Counted from the stretch's first letter, positions 1 to 10,537 are shown. The stretch is DNA of 64,000 bases from Planctomycetota bacterium (GCA_036338595.1 JAYZBV010000015.1:14103-78102); one strand, 5' to 3'. The notes: generated from the sequence alone by a model not told the origin. Numbers and translations are program-made.

Positions 1-45
1 CGCGAGCAAATCGAGAAACTTGGCGGCGAAGCGAAGACCGTCTAG
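1..45 (+). CDS. rplO: 50S ribosomal protein L15, C-terminal fragment (partial)
   Basis: Frame 1 reads REQIEKLGGEAKTV-stop, like the L15 C-terminus; lies directly upstream of secY as in the spc operon. Confidence 0.8.
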   Translation, partial: REQIEKLGGEAKTV

Positions 46-53
46 GGGAGTTC

Positions 54-1418
54 ATGTTCAAGGCAATTGCGAACATCATTGCGATTCCAGACCTGAGGCG
101 CAGGGTCGGATTCACTCTCATGGCGTTGGCGATCTACAGGATCGGCTTCTTCATCTACCTTCCAGGAGTCCGGCTGGATGTTCTGGAGGATGCTCTTGAT
201 AATGTGCCCGATGGTGGCGGTGGCTTGCTCAGCTTTCTCGGAATGACGAGTTTGCTGACGGGGGGAAACCTCAGAAACGCGACGATCTTCTCGCTCGGAA
301 TCATGCCGTATATCAGTGCGTCCATCATCTTCTCCTTGATGACCAAGGTATTCCCACGACTCGAGGAGTTACAGAAAGAAGGGGAATCAGGGCGCAAGGT
401 CATCGCGAGGTGGACGCGCTATTCGACGGTTCTCTTCTGTCTGCTCCAGTCGATCATCGTCGTGCAGGCGATCACCAGCCCCAACTTCCTGGGCAACGGA
501 GTCGCTGTGTCGGATAGCGGCTACGCCCTCGGCTTGCTTCAGGTGATGGTTCTGACCTGTGGAACCCTGTTTCTGATGTGGCTCGGAGAGAAGATCACCG
601 AGAATGGAATCGGCAATGGCATCTCCTTGATGATCATGGCCGGAATCGTCGCCAGCATTCCGACGATGTTCCTGAGCTTTTCAACTGAATGGGCTTCGAT
701 GGCCCAGACTCCCGACGATCGTCCATTTTTTGTCGTGAAGATTCTCGTCCTGTTGCTGTTGTTCTTTGCCATCGTTGCTGGCGTGGTGTTCATCACCAAG
801 GGCCAGCGGCGGATCCCCATCCAGAATGCTCGTACCGTCAGAGGGCAAGGGGGCCAGAGACACTACATGCCGATCCGGGTCAACAGTGCCGGAGTGCTGC
901 CCATCATCTTCGCACAGTCGCTCCTGATGGTGCCTGGAGTTGTCCTGACCTTCATACCCGGCGCTCAGGGAATCGGAGCACTGCTGGCACCAGGAGCATT
1001 CTGGTACCTGGCGCTGTATGTCGGGATGATCGGGTTCTTCACATATTTCTGGACCTCTCTCTACTACAACCCGGTAGAGATCGCCGACAACATGAAGGAG
1101 CACGGTTCCTTCATTCCCGGAATCCGCCCGGGGCGAAGGACTGCAGAGTACCTTCAACAGGTATTTGCACGCATCACGCTGGCGGGAGCGGTCTTCCTCG
1201 CAGTGATTGCGTTGATTCCCCAGCTGATCTCCAAGGTGCAGCCCGGTTTTGGAGGTGGCTCCCTGGCGCAGATGATGGGTGGAACAGCGATCCTCATCGT
1301 GGTCGGTGTCGCGCTCGACCTTGTCGATAAGATCGAGGCTCAACTCCTGGCACGTCAGTACGAGGGCTTTGTTGCACCTCGACGAGGGCGATCGGGAGCG
1401 ACCTCGAGGGACCGCTAA
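54..1418 (+). CDS. secY: Preprotein translocase subunit SecY
   Basis: About 10 hydrophobic segments; motifs SLGIMPYISASII, WLGEKITENGIGNGISL, FIPGIRPG, GGTAILIVVGVALD. Confidence 0.98.
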   Translation: MFKAIANIIAIPDLRRRVGFTLMALAIYRIGFFIYLPGVRLDVLEDALDNVPDGGGGLLSFLGMTSLLTGGNLRNATIFSLGIMPYISASIIFSLMTKVFPRLEELQKEGESGRKVIARWTRYSTVLFCLLQSIIVVQAITSPNFLGNGVAVSDSGYALGLLQVMVLTCGTLFLMWLGEKITENGIGNGISLMIMAGIVASIPTMFLSFSTEWASMAQTPDDRPFFVVKILVLLLLFFAIVAGVVFITKGQRRIPIQNARTVRGQGGQRHYMPIRVNSAGVLPIIFAQSLLMVPGVVLTFIPGAQGIGALLAPGAFWYLALYVGMIGFFTYFWTSLYYNPVEIADNMKEHGSFIPGIRPGRRTAEYLQQVFARITLAGAVFLAVIALIPQLISKVQPGFGGGSLAQMMGGTAILIVVGVALDLVDKIEAQLLARQYEGFVAPRRGRSGATSRDR

Positions 1419-1421
1419 CCG

Positions 1422-2075
1422 GTGCGGCTCGTATTCCTTGGCCCTCCAGGGGTTGGCAAGGGCACCCAGGCTGCGGGCCTCGCCGCAGAACTGGCGATAC
1501 CACACATCTCTACCGGAGCGATCCTTCGCGAGGCGCTGGAGCGCCAGACAGCGACAGGGCTCGAGGCCAAGAAATACATGGACGCGGGGGACCTGGTACC
1601 GGATGCAGTGGTGCTGCAACTGGTTCGAGATCGATTCTCCGAGCCGGATGCTGCCGCGGGTTGGTTACTCGATGGCTATCCACGCAATCTTGATCAAGCC
1701 TCAGCACTGGACCAACTCATCCAGGAACTGCAGTTGACCCTCGATCACGTGGTCTTCTTTGATTGCGCAGAAGCCGAACTGGTGCGTCGCCTCGGTGGCC
1801 GCAGAGTTTGCCGCAACTGCGGAGAGACCTTTCACATCGAATTTGCACCTCCTCCCGCATCGGGGCACTGCAGTGGTTCGGGAGACTGTGAAATCTACCA
1901 GCGAAGTGACGATGCCGAGGATGCGATCCTCAAACGGCTCGAGGTTTACCAGCGAGAGACCGGTCCTCTGGTAGAACACTATCGTGGACTGGATCAACTC
2001 ATCGTTGTCGATGGCGCCAGTGCCATCGAAGATGTGGCGCTCTCGTTGCGCGGAGCTCTGGGTCTGACATCGTGA
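1422..2075 (+). CDS. adk: Adenylate kinase with Cys-containing lid
   Basis: GPPGVGKGTQ P-loop, HISTG, LDGYPR, CRNC lid; GTG start; follows secY. Confidence 0.97.
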   Translation: MRLVFLGPPGVGKGTQAAGLAAELAIPHISTGAILREALERQTATGLEAKKYMDAGDLVPDAVVLQLVRDRFSEPDAAAGWLLDGYPRNLDQASALDQLIQELQLTLDHVVFFDCAEAELVRRLGGRRVCRNCGETFHIEFAPPPASGHCSGSGDCEIYQRSDDAEDAILKRLEVYQRETGPLVEHYRGLDQLIVVDGASAIEDVALSLRGALGLTS

Positions 2076-2869
2076 TACAGATCAAATCACCACGAGAGAT
2101 CGACAGGATGGCAATCCCCGGCGAGATGGTGGCTCGTACCTTCCAGGCCATCGCAGCGCTGATCAGACCCGGAGTCCGTACCCTCGAGATCGATGAGGCG
2201 GTGCGGGATTCCGTCAAGGATCTCGGCGGCAAGCCGCTCTTTCTCGGATACCACGGATTTCCGGCCCATTCCTGCATCTCCGTCAATGAGGAGGTGGTCC
2301 ATGGGATCCCCGGTGCCCGCGAACTGGCCGATGGGGACCTGGTCTCGATCGACATCGGCATCGAGGCGGAGGGCTTCTGCGGCGACTCGGCACGATCCTT
2401 CATCATCGGGGAGGGGAGTGAGGAGACGCGCTCGACGCTGCGAGTCTGTCGCGAGGCACTCGCTGCAGGGATCGCCCAGGCGCAGCCCGGAAACTCCCTG
2501 GTCGGGCTGGTAGAGGCCATCGAAGCTCGAATTCGAGCCGCGGATCTCGGTCTCGTCGAGAAGTTCGTCGGCCACGGCATCGGCAGAAACATGCACGAGG
2601 AGCCTCAGGTACCGAATTTCGTCTCCAGGAGCCTCAAGCATAACGATATCGAACTTCGCCCCGGCCTGGTTCTGGCCCTGGAGCCGATGGTCAATGCCGG
2701 CACCGGAGATGTCGTCACCCTCGAGGACGGTTGGACGGTCGTGACCGCAGACGCGAGAGTATCGGCCCATTGTGAACATACGGTCGCCGTCACCGAGGAG
2801 GGTCCCAGGGTCCTCACGCTCGGTCCGGGAGAGTGCTGGCCGCCGATTCCAGGAACGCCAGGCCAGTAG
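2072..2869 (+). CDS. map: Type I methionyl aminopeptidase
   Basis: CISVNEEVVHGIP, GDSA, GHGIG..HEEP, EPM, SAHCEHT motifs; overlaps the adk stop by 4 nt. Confidence 0.97.
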   Translation: MIQIKSPREIDRMAIPGEMVARTFQAIAALIRPGVRTLEIDEAVRDSVKDLGGKPLFLGYHGFPAHSCISVNEEVVHGIPGARELADGDLVSIDIGIEAEGFCGDSARSFIIGEGSEETRSTLRVCREALAAGIAQAQPGNSLVGLVEAIEARIRAADLGLVEKFVGHGIGRNMHEEPQVPNFVSRSLKHNDIELRPGLVLALEPMVNAGTGDVVTLEDGWTVVTADARVSAHCEHTVAVTEEGPRVLTLGPGECWPPIPGTPGQ

Positions 2870-2932
2870 CGCTGCTGGAACTCTGCGGGCCACGAATTTG
2901 CCGGAATTATCATGGAATTACAGGGATGCGCC

Positions 2933-2962
2933 TTGACGCTCGATGCCCCCTCTAAGTATAGT
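2933..2962 (+). promoter_or_regulatory. Putative sigma70 promoter for rpmJ-rpsM-rpsK-rpsD-rpoA-rplQ
   Basis: TTGACG-N18-TATAGT in the ~315 bp gap between map and rpmJ. Confidence 0.5.
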
Positions 2963-3184
2963 CTCCGCTTCCCCTTGTCCATGGTGGGCGAGTTGTGTCG
3001 TTCCGATTCTGGGCGGAATCGGTTCCGTTGCTCGTTGCATCGCTGAGTTGGCGAATTGGCAGTGCGGACGAGTTCTGCGGTGCCGGTGGGGAAAGTTGTT
3101 TCGAGGAGAAGGGTCTGGCGATAGATCCCCCTCCAGCGACAGACTGCCGGGCTGTTCTCCCGGGTACGGGAGTGAGGGGACACC

Positions 3185-3301
3185 ATGAAGGTACGAGCTT
3201 CCGTGAAGCGGATTTGCGAAAACTGCAAATTGATCCGTCGCAAGGGAGTACTGCGTGTCTTGTGTACCAATCCTCGTCACAAACAGCGACAAGGCAAGTA
3301 A
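3185..3301 (+). CDS. rpmJ: 50S ribosomal protein L36 (zinc-ribbon form); absent from the ORF track
   Basis: Read directly: [42 protein letters not shown], with GAGGGG just upstream. Confidence 0.97.
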   Translation: MKVRASVKRICENCKLIRRKGVLRVLCTNPRHKQRQGK

Positions 3302-3368
3302 AGAAATCACAAGGCGGATACGGGAGTGATTCCGTGGCGCTGGAGTTGAAGTAGGGTCGGAAGATAGT

Positions 3369-3737
3369 ATGCCGAGAATCCAGGGTGTTGACATCCCACC
3401 GAACAAGCGCGTCCATGTGGCGTTGACTTATATCTATGGGATCGGAAACAAGGTCGCGATGGACATCTGCGAAGCGGCGGGTATTGCGCCGGAGATCAAA
3501 TCGCGGGATCTGAGCGAAGATGAAGTGAGCAGGATCTCCACGGAGATCCAGAACTCTCATGTTGTCGAGGGGCAACTTCGCCGACAGGTGCAGCAGAACA
3601 TCACTCGTCTCAAGGACATCGCTTGTTACCGAGGAATTCGACACCGTCGTGGATTGCCAGTACGTGGGCAGAACACCCGGACCAATGCTCGGACCCGTAA
3701 GGGTCCAACTCGAACCATGGCGAAGAAGAAAAAGTGA
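3369..3737 (+). CDS. rpsM: 30S ribosomal protein S13
   Basis: [44 protein letters not shown]. Confidence 0.98.
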   Translation: MPRIQGVDIPPNKRVHVALTYIYGIGNKVAMDICEAAGIAPEIKSRDLSEDEVSRISTEIQNSHVVEGQLRRQVQQNITRLKDIACYRGIRHRRGLPVRGQNTRTNARTRKGPTRTMAKKKK

Positions 3738-3760
3738 CCTTTTGAATCGGAGATCTTGAA

Positions 3761-4141
3761 TTGGCGAAGGCAGCAAAAAAGAAGATTCGGCGCAACATTT
3801 CGCGTGGAATCGTTCATATCAAATCGACCTTCAACAATACCGTCATATCCCTCACCGATTCGGAGGGAAATGCTCTGATGAGTCAGAGCGGCGGTACTGT
3901 GGGGTACAAGGGTAGTCGTAAATCGACCCCCTTTGCTGCCCAGAGGGCGGCTGAGAACTGTGCAGCGGCCGCCAAGAAGATGGGGATCACCCAGGTGGAC
4001 CTCAGGGTCAAGGGCCCCGGGTCCGGCCGTGAGTCGGCGATACGGGCCATCCAGTCGAGTGGGCTGGAAATCCTCGCCATCGAGGATGTGACCCCGCTTC
4101 CCCACAATGGATGTCGACCGCGCAAGAAGCGTAGAGTCTGA
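3761..4141 (+). CDS. rpsK: 30S ribosomal protein S11
   Basis: [41 protein letters not shown] start. Confidence 0.98.
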   Translation: MAKAAKKKIRRNISRGIVHIKSTFNNTVISLTDSEGNALMSQSGGTVGYKGSRKSTPFAAQRAAENCAAAAKKMGITQVDLRVKGPGSGRESAIRAIQSSGLEILAIEDVTPLPHNGCRPRKKRRV

Positions 4142-4155
4142 GGAGAAGAAACAGC

Positions 4156-4782
4156 ATGGCAAGAATCCTCGGACCTAAATGCAGACTTTGTCGTCGTGAC
4201 GGCGATCGCCTCTACCTGAAGGGTGCCCGCTGTCATACTGCGAAATGCGCCATCGCCAAGCGGGGATATCCGCCTGGAATGCATGGCTTCCGTCGTGGCC
4301 GACCGTCTGAGTACGGAATCCGTTTGCGTGAGAAACAAAAAGCAAAGCGGATCTACGGAGTGCTCGAGAGGCAATTCAGGAAGTACTTTGCTGAAGCCGA
4401 TCGACTTCGAGGAAATACGGGAGCGAACCTTTTGATCTTGCTGGAGAGGAGACTCGATAATGTCGTCTTCCAGCTGGGGTTTGCCGACAGCCGCAGTCAG
4501 GCTCGTCAATTTGTTGCGCATGGTCATGTGACCGTGAATGGAAGAAAACTCGATGTCTCATCCCATCTCGTGAAGGTGGGGGATGTCATCGCTCCAAAAG
4601 CGCACAAGAAGAGCGAGTCTCTGGCGAGAGAGAGGGTAGAGGGGCAGCAAGGCCGATCCGTTCCGGAATGGTTGAACCTCGATGCCAAGGAGTTGAAGGG
4701 ATCGGTCACCCGATTCCCTGCCCGCGAGGATGTGGCGATTCCGATCCAGGAGGCGTACATCGTCGAGTTCAGCTCCCGCTAG
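4156..4782 (+). CDS. rpsD: 30S ribosomal protein S4
   Basis: CRLCRR, PPGMHG, LREKQK, LERRLDNVV, ARQFVAHGH. Confidence 0.98.
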   Translation: MARILGPKCRLCRRDGDRLYLKGARCHTAKCAIAKRGYPPGMHGFRRGRPSEYGIRLREKQKAKRIYGVLERQFRKYFAEADRLRGNTGANLLILLERRLDNVVFQLGFADSRSQARQFVAHGHVTVNGRKLDVSSHLVKVGDVIAPKAHKKSESLARERVEGQQGRSVPEWLNLDAKELKGSVTRFPAREDVAIPIQEAYIVEFSSR

Positions 4783-4858
4783 GGGAGTTGTTTGGTTGAT
4801 TTTAGATTCCTTGTAGCGACGGGGAAGATTCCAACGCTGCGAGAAGGGAGCCCAATCC

Positions 4859-5848
4859 ATGTCGATGCGTGTTCGTTGGCGTGAATTCGAACTGCCGAAC
4901 CGAGTCGAGTGCGAAGCTGATTCCAGCAGTTCAAACTTCGGGAAGTTCATCATCGAGCCCTTCGAGAAGGGGTTTGGCCACACCGTGGGAAACAGCCTGC
5001 GCAGGGTGCTGCTCTCCTCCATCGAGGGTGCGGCGCTGGTTCAAGCCCGGATCGACGGCGTTGATCATGAATATGCGACCAAGGAAGGTGTCCTCGAGGA
5101 CATCGCCCATGTCGTACTCAATCTCAAGCAGGTGCTGGTTGAACTGCGCGGAGTCAATGAAGCCGAGTTGACGATTCAGAAGTCCGGAGTCGGTGAGATC
5201 ACCGCAGGTGATATCGATCATGGTGAGGATGTCATCATCCATAATCCAGATCTGGTGATCGCCACCCTGACGAAGGATGTTGAATTCAAGGCGGAATTGA
5301 CGGCGCGAATAGGAAGAGGCTACTACACCGCAGCAGAGAACTCGGGAGACCAGAAGGACATCGGGCTGATCTGGCTCGACTCCACATTCTCTCCCGTCCA
5401 CAGGGTCCGGTATCGTGTGGAATCGACCCGTGTTGGACAATTGACCAACTACGATAAGTTGATCCTCGAAATCTGGACCAATGGGACTGTCGAGCCAGAC
5501 AGCGTGCTGGTCGAGTCGGGCAAGATCCTGCGAAAACACCTGACGCCGGTGGTCAAGTACTTCGAACTGGGCTCAGAGGTTCTGCAGCCACGCATCCCCG
5601 ATATCGAGATGCCAGATACCGAGGATGAGGAGACGAGGCAACTGCTCGATATGCCCCTCTCCCAGCTGGAATTGTCGGTGAGGGCGTCGAATTGTCTCGA
5701 ATCGATGAATATCTCGACTCTCAGAGAATTGATCCGCCTTCGGGAGGATGATCTGCTGAGAATCCGGAACTTTGGTCAGACCTCACTGGAGGAACTGAAA
5801 GTGAAATTGACTGATCTCAACCTCGAACTGGGACAAGTCCCGGGCTAG
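4859..5848 (+). CDS. rpoA: DNA-directed RNA polymerase subunit alpha
   Basis: EPFEKGFGHTVGNSLRRVLLSS, TRVGQ..YDKL, LELSVRASNCL, RNFGQTSLEE. Confidence 0.98.
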   Translation: MSMRVRWREFELPNRVECEADSSSSNFGKFIIEPFEKGFGHTVGNSLRRVLLSSIEGAALVQARIDGVDHEYATKEGVLEDIAHVVLNLKQVLVELRGVNEAELTIQKSGVGEITAGDIDHGEDVIIHNPDLVIATLTKDVEFKAELTARIGRGYYTAAENSGDQKDIGLIWLDSTFSPVHRVRYRVESTRVGQLTNYDKLILEIWTNGTVEPDSVLVESGKILRKHLTPVVKYFELGSEVLQPRIPDIEMPDTEDEETRQLLDMPLSQLELSVRASNCLESMNISTLRELIRLREDDLLRIRNFGQTSLEELKVKLTDLNLELGQVPG

Positions 5849-5867
5849 GTCTTCAGGAGTACCTTCG

Positions 5868-6614
5868 ATGCGCCACCGCGTTGCCGGAAAAAAGCTGAAC
5901 CGTACGAGTAGCCACCGCAAGGCGCTCGCAAAGAACCTGATGCGTGCCTTTCTCATCGAATGGCAGGGCAAGGGCCACATCGTCACGACTCGGTCCAAGG
6001 CGAAGTTCATCCAGCCGAAGATCGAGAAGTTGATCTCACTTTCGCGCAACAAGACGGTTCACAATGTTCGACGAGCCATGTCTCTCATCGGTGATAGAGA
6101 TGCCGTTCGAGTGCTGTTCGATGAAATCGGTCCTTACTACAACGAACGGCCAGGGGGCTATACCCGGGTGCTGAGGCTGGTCAAGCCTCGTCTAGGGGAT
6201 GCTTCGATACGGGCCTATCTTGGCTATGTCCGCGCGGATGATGATTATCCTGAGGGCGACTGTCGAGCGAAGGATACCGTCGAGAGTGCTGCTACCGGGG
6301 AAGCAGTTGTCAGCGAAGAGACCCCCAGCGAGGAAATCGTCAGCGAAGAGGTCGTCAGCGAAGAGGTCGCCAGTGAAACTGCCGATCCGGTTGCCAGTGA
6401 AGATGGCGATGCCCAGGGGGCCACAGCAGCGGATTCAGCCGCCGCAGAAGAGCCCGAATCTGGAGAGGTAGTGCCAGAGGCGCAAGACGAATCCGAATCC
6501 GCTGACGAGATCGCTGCAGAGAGTGACGATGCGTCGGAGTCCGCTGAATCGGAGGTCGAGGACTCCAGTTCCTCGGAGGAGGAGAAAGAATCTCCTTCAG
6601 ATAAAGACCAGTAA
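5868..6614 (+). CDS. rplQ: 50S ribosomal protein L17 with long acidic C-terminal extension
   Basis: MRHRVAGKKLNRTSSHRKAL and RPGGYTRV; the last ~125 aa are E/D/S/A-rich low complexity. Confidence 0.96.
   Translation: MRHRVAGKKLNRTSSHRKALAKNLMRAFLIEWQGKGHIVTTRSKAKFIQPKIEKLISLSRNKTVHNVRRAMSLIGDRDAVRVLFDEIGPYYNERPGGYTRVLRLVKPRLGDASIRAYLGYVRADDDYPEGDCRAKDTVESAATGEAVVSEETPSEEIVSEEVVSEEVASETADPVASEDGDAQGATAADSAAAEEPESGEVVPEAQDESESADEIAAESDDASESAESEVEDSSSSEEEKESPSDKDQ
6306..6380 (+). repeat. Five imperfect 15-bp in-frame repeats in the rplQ tail
   Basis: gttgtcagcgaagag / acccccagcgaggaa / atcgtcagcgaagag / gtcgtcagcgaagag / gtcgccagtgaaact encode VVSEE-TPSEE-IVSEE-VVSEE-VASET. Confidence 0.85.
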
Positions 6615-6978
6615 CCGCTGCTGAACCGCCTCCAGCCTTCCCTCGCTGATTTCCTCTTGCGGTCCGTGTGAGCCGATACGCTCATGATGATCGACTCCGG
6701 TCGCGGCAGGAGCCCGCCCCAAAGGGTTCCAGCGCTCTCCACATCCACGAATAGCGCACTGATCCGAGCAAATCCCTGCTCAATACCGTCCGAGGCACCC
6801 TCGATGGCACTGGTCAATCGTGCCTTACCGATGCTCGAGTCACGGCACCCTGGCGTGATATGTAGCGAACTTCCCGAGGGTCCTGGAGGCTTTCAGGGAG
6901 GGTAAACCTTGAGGATCATGGAGCAGTTGAAAGATACTCAACGGATTCACCGGTTGAATATGATTGAGTAGCCAATCT

Positions 6979-7090
6979 TTGACATTCGAACAGTTGTGAC
7001 TATTTTGAATTCGGCCTGATAACCATTACTTTGAGCGAACAAACACGACATTACATAGTTGACACGGCAACGCGCGTGTAGTCATATTGT
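6979..7090 (+). promoter_or_regulatory. AT-rich region with candidate sigma70 promoters for the first array pair
   Basis: TTGACA at 6979 (N16-TATTTT) and TTGACA at 7059 (N18-CATATT) in a markedly AT-rich intergenic stretch. Confidence 0.4.
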
Positions 7091-7267
7091 GTTGTGCTCA
7101 ATGGGAGGTGTTCTGAGTCAGATCCCCAATAAGCACCGGAATAGTATTTTCGAGAACCCGTCAGGTTTCTCGCGCTCTCGGAAAGGGGAGCCATGAGAAA
7201 CGAATCCGAATGTTGAATTATTTTGGTTGGGCTTTGTTACACATTTTATTGACCAAGGGAGGAGATC

Positions 7268-9166
7268 ATGGATCTCTCAAATGCAGCGCCCAGGGCGCTC
7301 AAAATGCAGTGGATTACCGTTGCGCTCTTGTTCGTTTCCTCTTCGGTATTCGCAGGAGGTGGACAGTCGCTGAGCATCAGTAGTACCAGTACTCAGGGAC
7401 TCGCACCGGCGAGCATGACCATCAGCCTGGATTCGACAGATGCAACCGAGGGATATGTTCTCGCGGTTGCCTACGACGATTCGCAGGCGAGCGTTTCTGA
7501 TCTCTCCACGGCAGGCACTGCCACCGAGAGTTCCAACTCCGAGTTGGTCGTTCCGGAGATCCTCTCCGGCGGATTTACTCTTGGAGTGGTCGTGGACGCA
7601 GAACCTCCATTCGACGGGCATTCGATACCTGCTGGATCGGGTCAGACTCTGGCTACGGTCACGGTGACCCCGATGGCGGTTGTGTCTGTTGAGACCGATA
7701 TCGATTTCTCCTTCTCTGACAACACGCTCAACAATCCACCTCTGGCCAATATCATCGTCCAGGGTGGAATGTCGGTCGGTGCTGCAGATGGCCTGGGACT
7801 CAATGGGGGCACATTGACTCTCAATGTTCCTCCTCCGGCCACGATGAGCATCGAAGACGGTTCTGCAACTGCAGACGGAGAGGGCAGCACAGGCGATGCT
7901 CGAGTCATGCTCGATAACAGCCTCGGTGGCGTCCAGGGCTTCGTCACCGCCATTTCGCATGATCCTGCCGTGATCACCCTCGAGTCGATCTCCACCGGTG
8001 CGGATACAGATGCAGCTGGCGCCGAGTTCCAGATCTCGAACACCTATGCCAATGGTGGAACCTTTGGAGTCGTGCTCGATTTCTCGAGTCCCTTCGAAGG
8101 TCAGACGATTCCCGAGGGTAATGGCGTTCACCTGGCGAGTTACACCTACTCCTGCAACAACGAAAATATCTATGTTGAGGGAGAGCCTACACCCACCAGT
8201 GAGACCAGTGCCTTGACCCTCACAGATGGGACTCTCGGATCTCCGACGCTCGACAATGTGATCGTCGTGGGTGGTCTGTCGATTTCTCCGCTGCAGGAGA
8301 ATGGCACCTTCACCTGTGATCCGATCGCCTTCCCTGCGGAGGACACGATTCTCTGGATGGAGACCGAGTTCGACGAGGGCTCCGGTAACTACGCCTACCA
8401 CGGTCAGACCGGAGACCTGTGCTTCTTCTATGCCGACGAAGACGATTACATCCAGGGCTTCACCTTCACCGTCTGCTACGACTGCAATCTGACAATTCAT
8501 GAGGACTCCTGGGAGTTCAACGGATCGATCCTGGATCAGGTCGGTGTCGAGTACACCGCGGTACAGGTTGATGACGACCCCGATGACGGAGACGGCTGCG
8601 AACTGGTTGTCGCGCTGCTTCTCGACGCGCTACCGCCTTTCGACGGCCAGACACTTCCGCAGACGATGTCCACCAGCGGCAACTCCGCAGATGGTCGTCT
8701 GTTGGTCGGCAAGATGCGAATCACCGTCGATATGGATGCTGAGTGTAACGAGGATCAGTTGATCGAATGGTGCAACGACATCAACGGCACCGGGGATGTG
8801 AATCTCTACAACAACGTGGTCATCGACTTCGAATCGCTCCAGATCTACGAGCGCAACGACACTCTGGTGCACGTCGTGCCGGAAGAGATCTTCCAGCGTG
8901 GCGACTGCAACAGCGACGACAAGGTCGACCTGGCTGACACCGCAACAATGCTTGCGAACCAGTTCAATGGACTCGATATCCTGTGTCCTGATGCCTGTGA
9001 CTCGAATGATGATGGTCATCTGAACATGGCGGACGCTGTCCACCTGCTCAACTGGCTCTTCAAGTTCGGAGATACACCGCCGGCGCCAGGCCCCCTCGAA
9101 GACGGGCCGGATGCTACTCAAGATGACACGCTGCCAGTATGTGACAGCGACGATACGAACTGTTAG
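7268..9166 (+). CDS. Secreted array protein A1: signal peptide, 3 cohesin-like modules, dockerin-like module
   Basis: Hydrophobic leader ending VFA; repeated ~150 aa beta-rich units (GYVLAVAYD / GFVTAISHD / GFTFTVCYD ... PFDG/PFEG); twin Ca-loops FQRGDCNSDDKVDLAD and DSNDDGHLNMAD; GGAGG RBS. Confidence 0.75.
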   Translation: MDLSNAAPRALKMQWITVALLFVSSSVFAGGGQSLSISSTSTQGLAPASMTISLDSTDATEGYVLAVAYDDSQASVSDLSTAGTATESSNSELVVPEILSGGFTLGVVVDAEPPFDGHSIPAGSGQTLATVTVTPMAVVSVETDIDFSFSDNTLNNPPLANIIVQGGMSVGAADGLGLNGGTLTLNVPPPATMSIEDGSATADGEGSTGDARVMLDNSLGGVQGFVTAISHDPAVITLESISTGADTDAAGAEFQISNTYANGGTFGVVLDFSSPFEGQTIPEGNGVHLASYTYSCNNENIYVEGEPTPTSETSALTLTDGTLGSPTLDNVIVVGGLSISPLQENGTFTCDPIAFPAEDTILWMETEFDEGSGNYAYHGQTGDLCFFYADEDDYIQGFTFTVCYDCNLTIHEDSWEFNGSILDQVGVEYTAVQVDDDPDDGDGCELVVALLLDALPPFDGQTLPQTMSTSGNSADGRLLVGKMRITVDMDAECNEDQLIEWCNDINGTGDVNLYNNVVIDFESLQIYERNDTLVHVVPEEIFQRGDCNSDDKVDLADTATMLANQFNGLDILCPDACDSNDDGHLNMADAVHLLNWLFKFGDTPPAPGPLEDGPDATQDDTLPVCDSDDTNC

Positions 9167-9215
9167 TGGAATTATTATCAGGAACTGGATGTTGGAATAC
9201 CTGGAGGGATTCGGC

Positions 9216-10505
9216 ATGAGACTTATCAATACTGTGCTGGCGCTGCTATTCGTGGTTTCGACTGCGACTATTGCTGCAGGGCAAGATTATTCGTTGAGCA
9301 TTTCTAGCGGGTCCATTCCTGACGGTGGTGGCGGAAGCCTCTCCTTTACGATGGACAACAATGGAGGTGAAATCGCAGGTTGGTCCTTTGGAGCCTGCAA
9401 CGACACTGCTTTTCTCACCTGTACCGGAGCACAGGACGGCTCCACTACCGCTACGGCGAAGAATGGTGGTCCTCCGGACTTCGATCAGATCGGAGTTTTT
9501 GACGAGGGCTTCACCGTCGGAGTGGTGATCTGTTTCACCGGCTGCGCAACACTGGCGCCGGGAACCGGTTATGAGTTGAATACTGCCGACTACACCTGCA
9601 ATCAGGAGGGAAGTACCACCGTATCGTATTGCGATACCATCGGGTCTCCGCCTGTGGCGACCGTGGTCGTGGTGGATGGCGCTTCGATCGTCCCGGCCCA
9701 GAGCTCGGGCGATGTCGCCTGCATCGGAGTCCCCGATCCAGAGTACACCTACTCTGCGGGGAGCACCTCTGCTGGTTACAACCCCGCTGACGGAAACGCC
9801 AGTGCATCGGTTGACATCAGTATTGCAGAGACAGACAACAGCGGCCTGGGAGCTCCATTTCCCAACGATACGCAGGGCTTCTCGATGGGCCTGGGTCATA
9901 GTTCCGAAGTGACGGCCACTGCGGTGAACCTGTCCTTGCCATTCGAAGCTGACTTTGGAGAGGTCTCCATCTACTCAGAAGGTTGGACCATCGGAGTGGT
10001 GTACAGCTTCACTGGCGACAATGTGCTGGCATTCGATAATGAAACGACCGTGATCACCGCAGATTACGAGACTGGCGGTAGCATGGCCGGGAATGAAACC
10101 GGGGCTACAGCTTCGTTGAGCTGGAATGGTGGTCTCGGATCACCTGCTGTGGCCAATGTGGTCGTGGTGGGTGGAGCTTCCCTAGATGCGGTCCTTTCCG
10201 ATGGAAGTATCACGCTCAACCCGGTCGTGACGATCGATTGGATTCGCGGTGACGCCAACAGCGATGACCGTGTCAATATCGGTGATGGAATCTGGATCAT
10301 CAGCGAGTTGTTCCTGAATGGACCGGCGAGTACTTGCCCGATCTCCCGTGATGCGAACGATGACGGGGGTGTGGACGCTGCGGATGCAGTCTACGTCTTC
10401 ACCTACCGCTTCCTCGATGGGCCGATGCCAGGGGCACCGTTCCCCGATTGTGGTCAGACTTCGGGCCAGACGCCTGAGGACTGCTCCGATTCTGGCTGCA
10501 GCTAG
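9216..10505 (+). CDS. Secreted array protein B1: signal peptide, 2 cohesin-like modules, dockerin-like module
   Basis: Start moved to MRLINT after GGAGG; modules GWSFGACND..VICFTGC and TQGFSMGL..WTIGVVYSF; tail WIRGDANSDDRVNIGD / DANDDGGVDAAD. Confidence 0.75.
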   Translation: MRLINTVLALLFVVSTATIAAGQDYSLSISSGSIPDGGGGSLSFTMDNNGGEIAGWSFGACNDTAFLTCTGAQDGSTTATAKNGGPPDFDQIGVFDEGFTVGVVICFTGCATLAPGTGYELNTADYTCNQEGSTTVSYCDTIGSPPVATVVVVDGASIVPAQSSGDVACIGVPDPEYTYSAGSTSAGYNPADGNASASVDISIAETDNSGLGAPFPNDTQGFSMGLGHSSEVTATAVNLSLPFEADFGEVSIYSEGWTIGVVYSFTGDNVLAFDNETTVITADYETGGSMAGNETGATASLSWNGGLGSPAVANVVVVGGASLDAVLSDGSITLNPVVTIDWIRGDANSDDRVNIGDGIWIISELFLNGPASTCPISRDANDDGGVDAADAVYVFTYRFLDGPMPGAPFPDCGQTSGQTPEDCSDSGCS

Positions 10506-10537
10506 GTCGAAGAAACTACCGTCGATCGGTAAATTCG

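Noticed and set aside
7277..8500. 407 aa minus-strand ORF and similar antisense ORFs across the array
   Set aside because: Stop-poor shadows of GC-rich plus-strand genes; no motifs.
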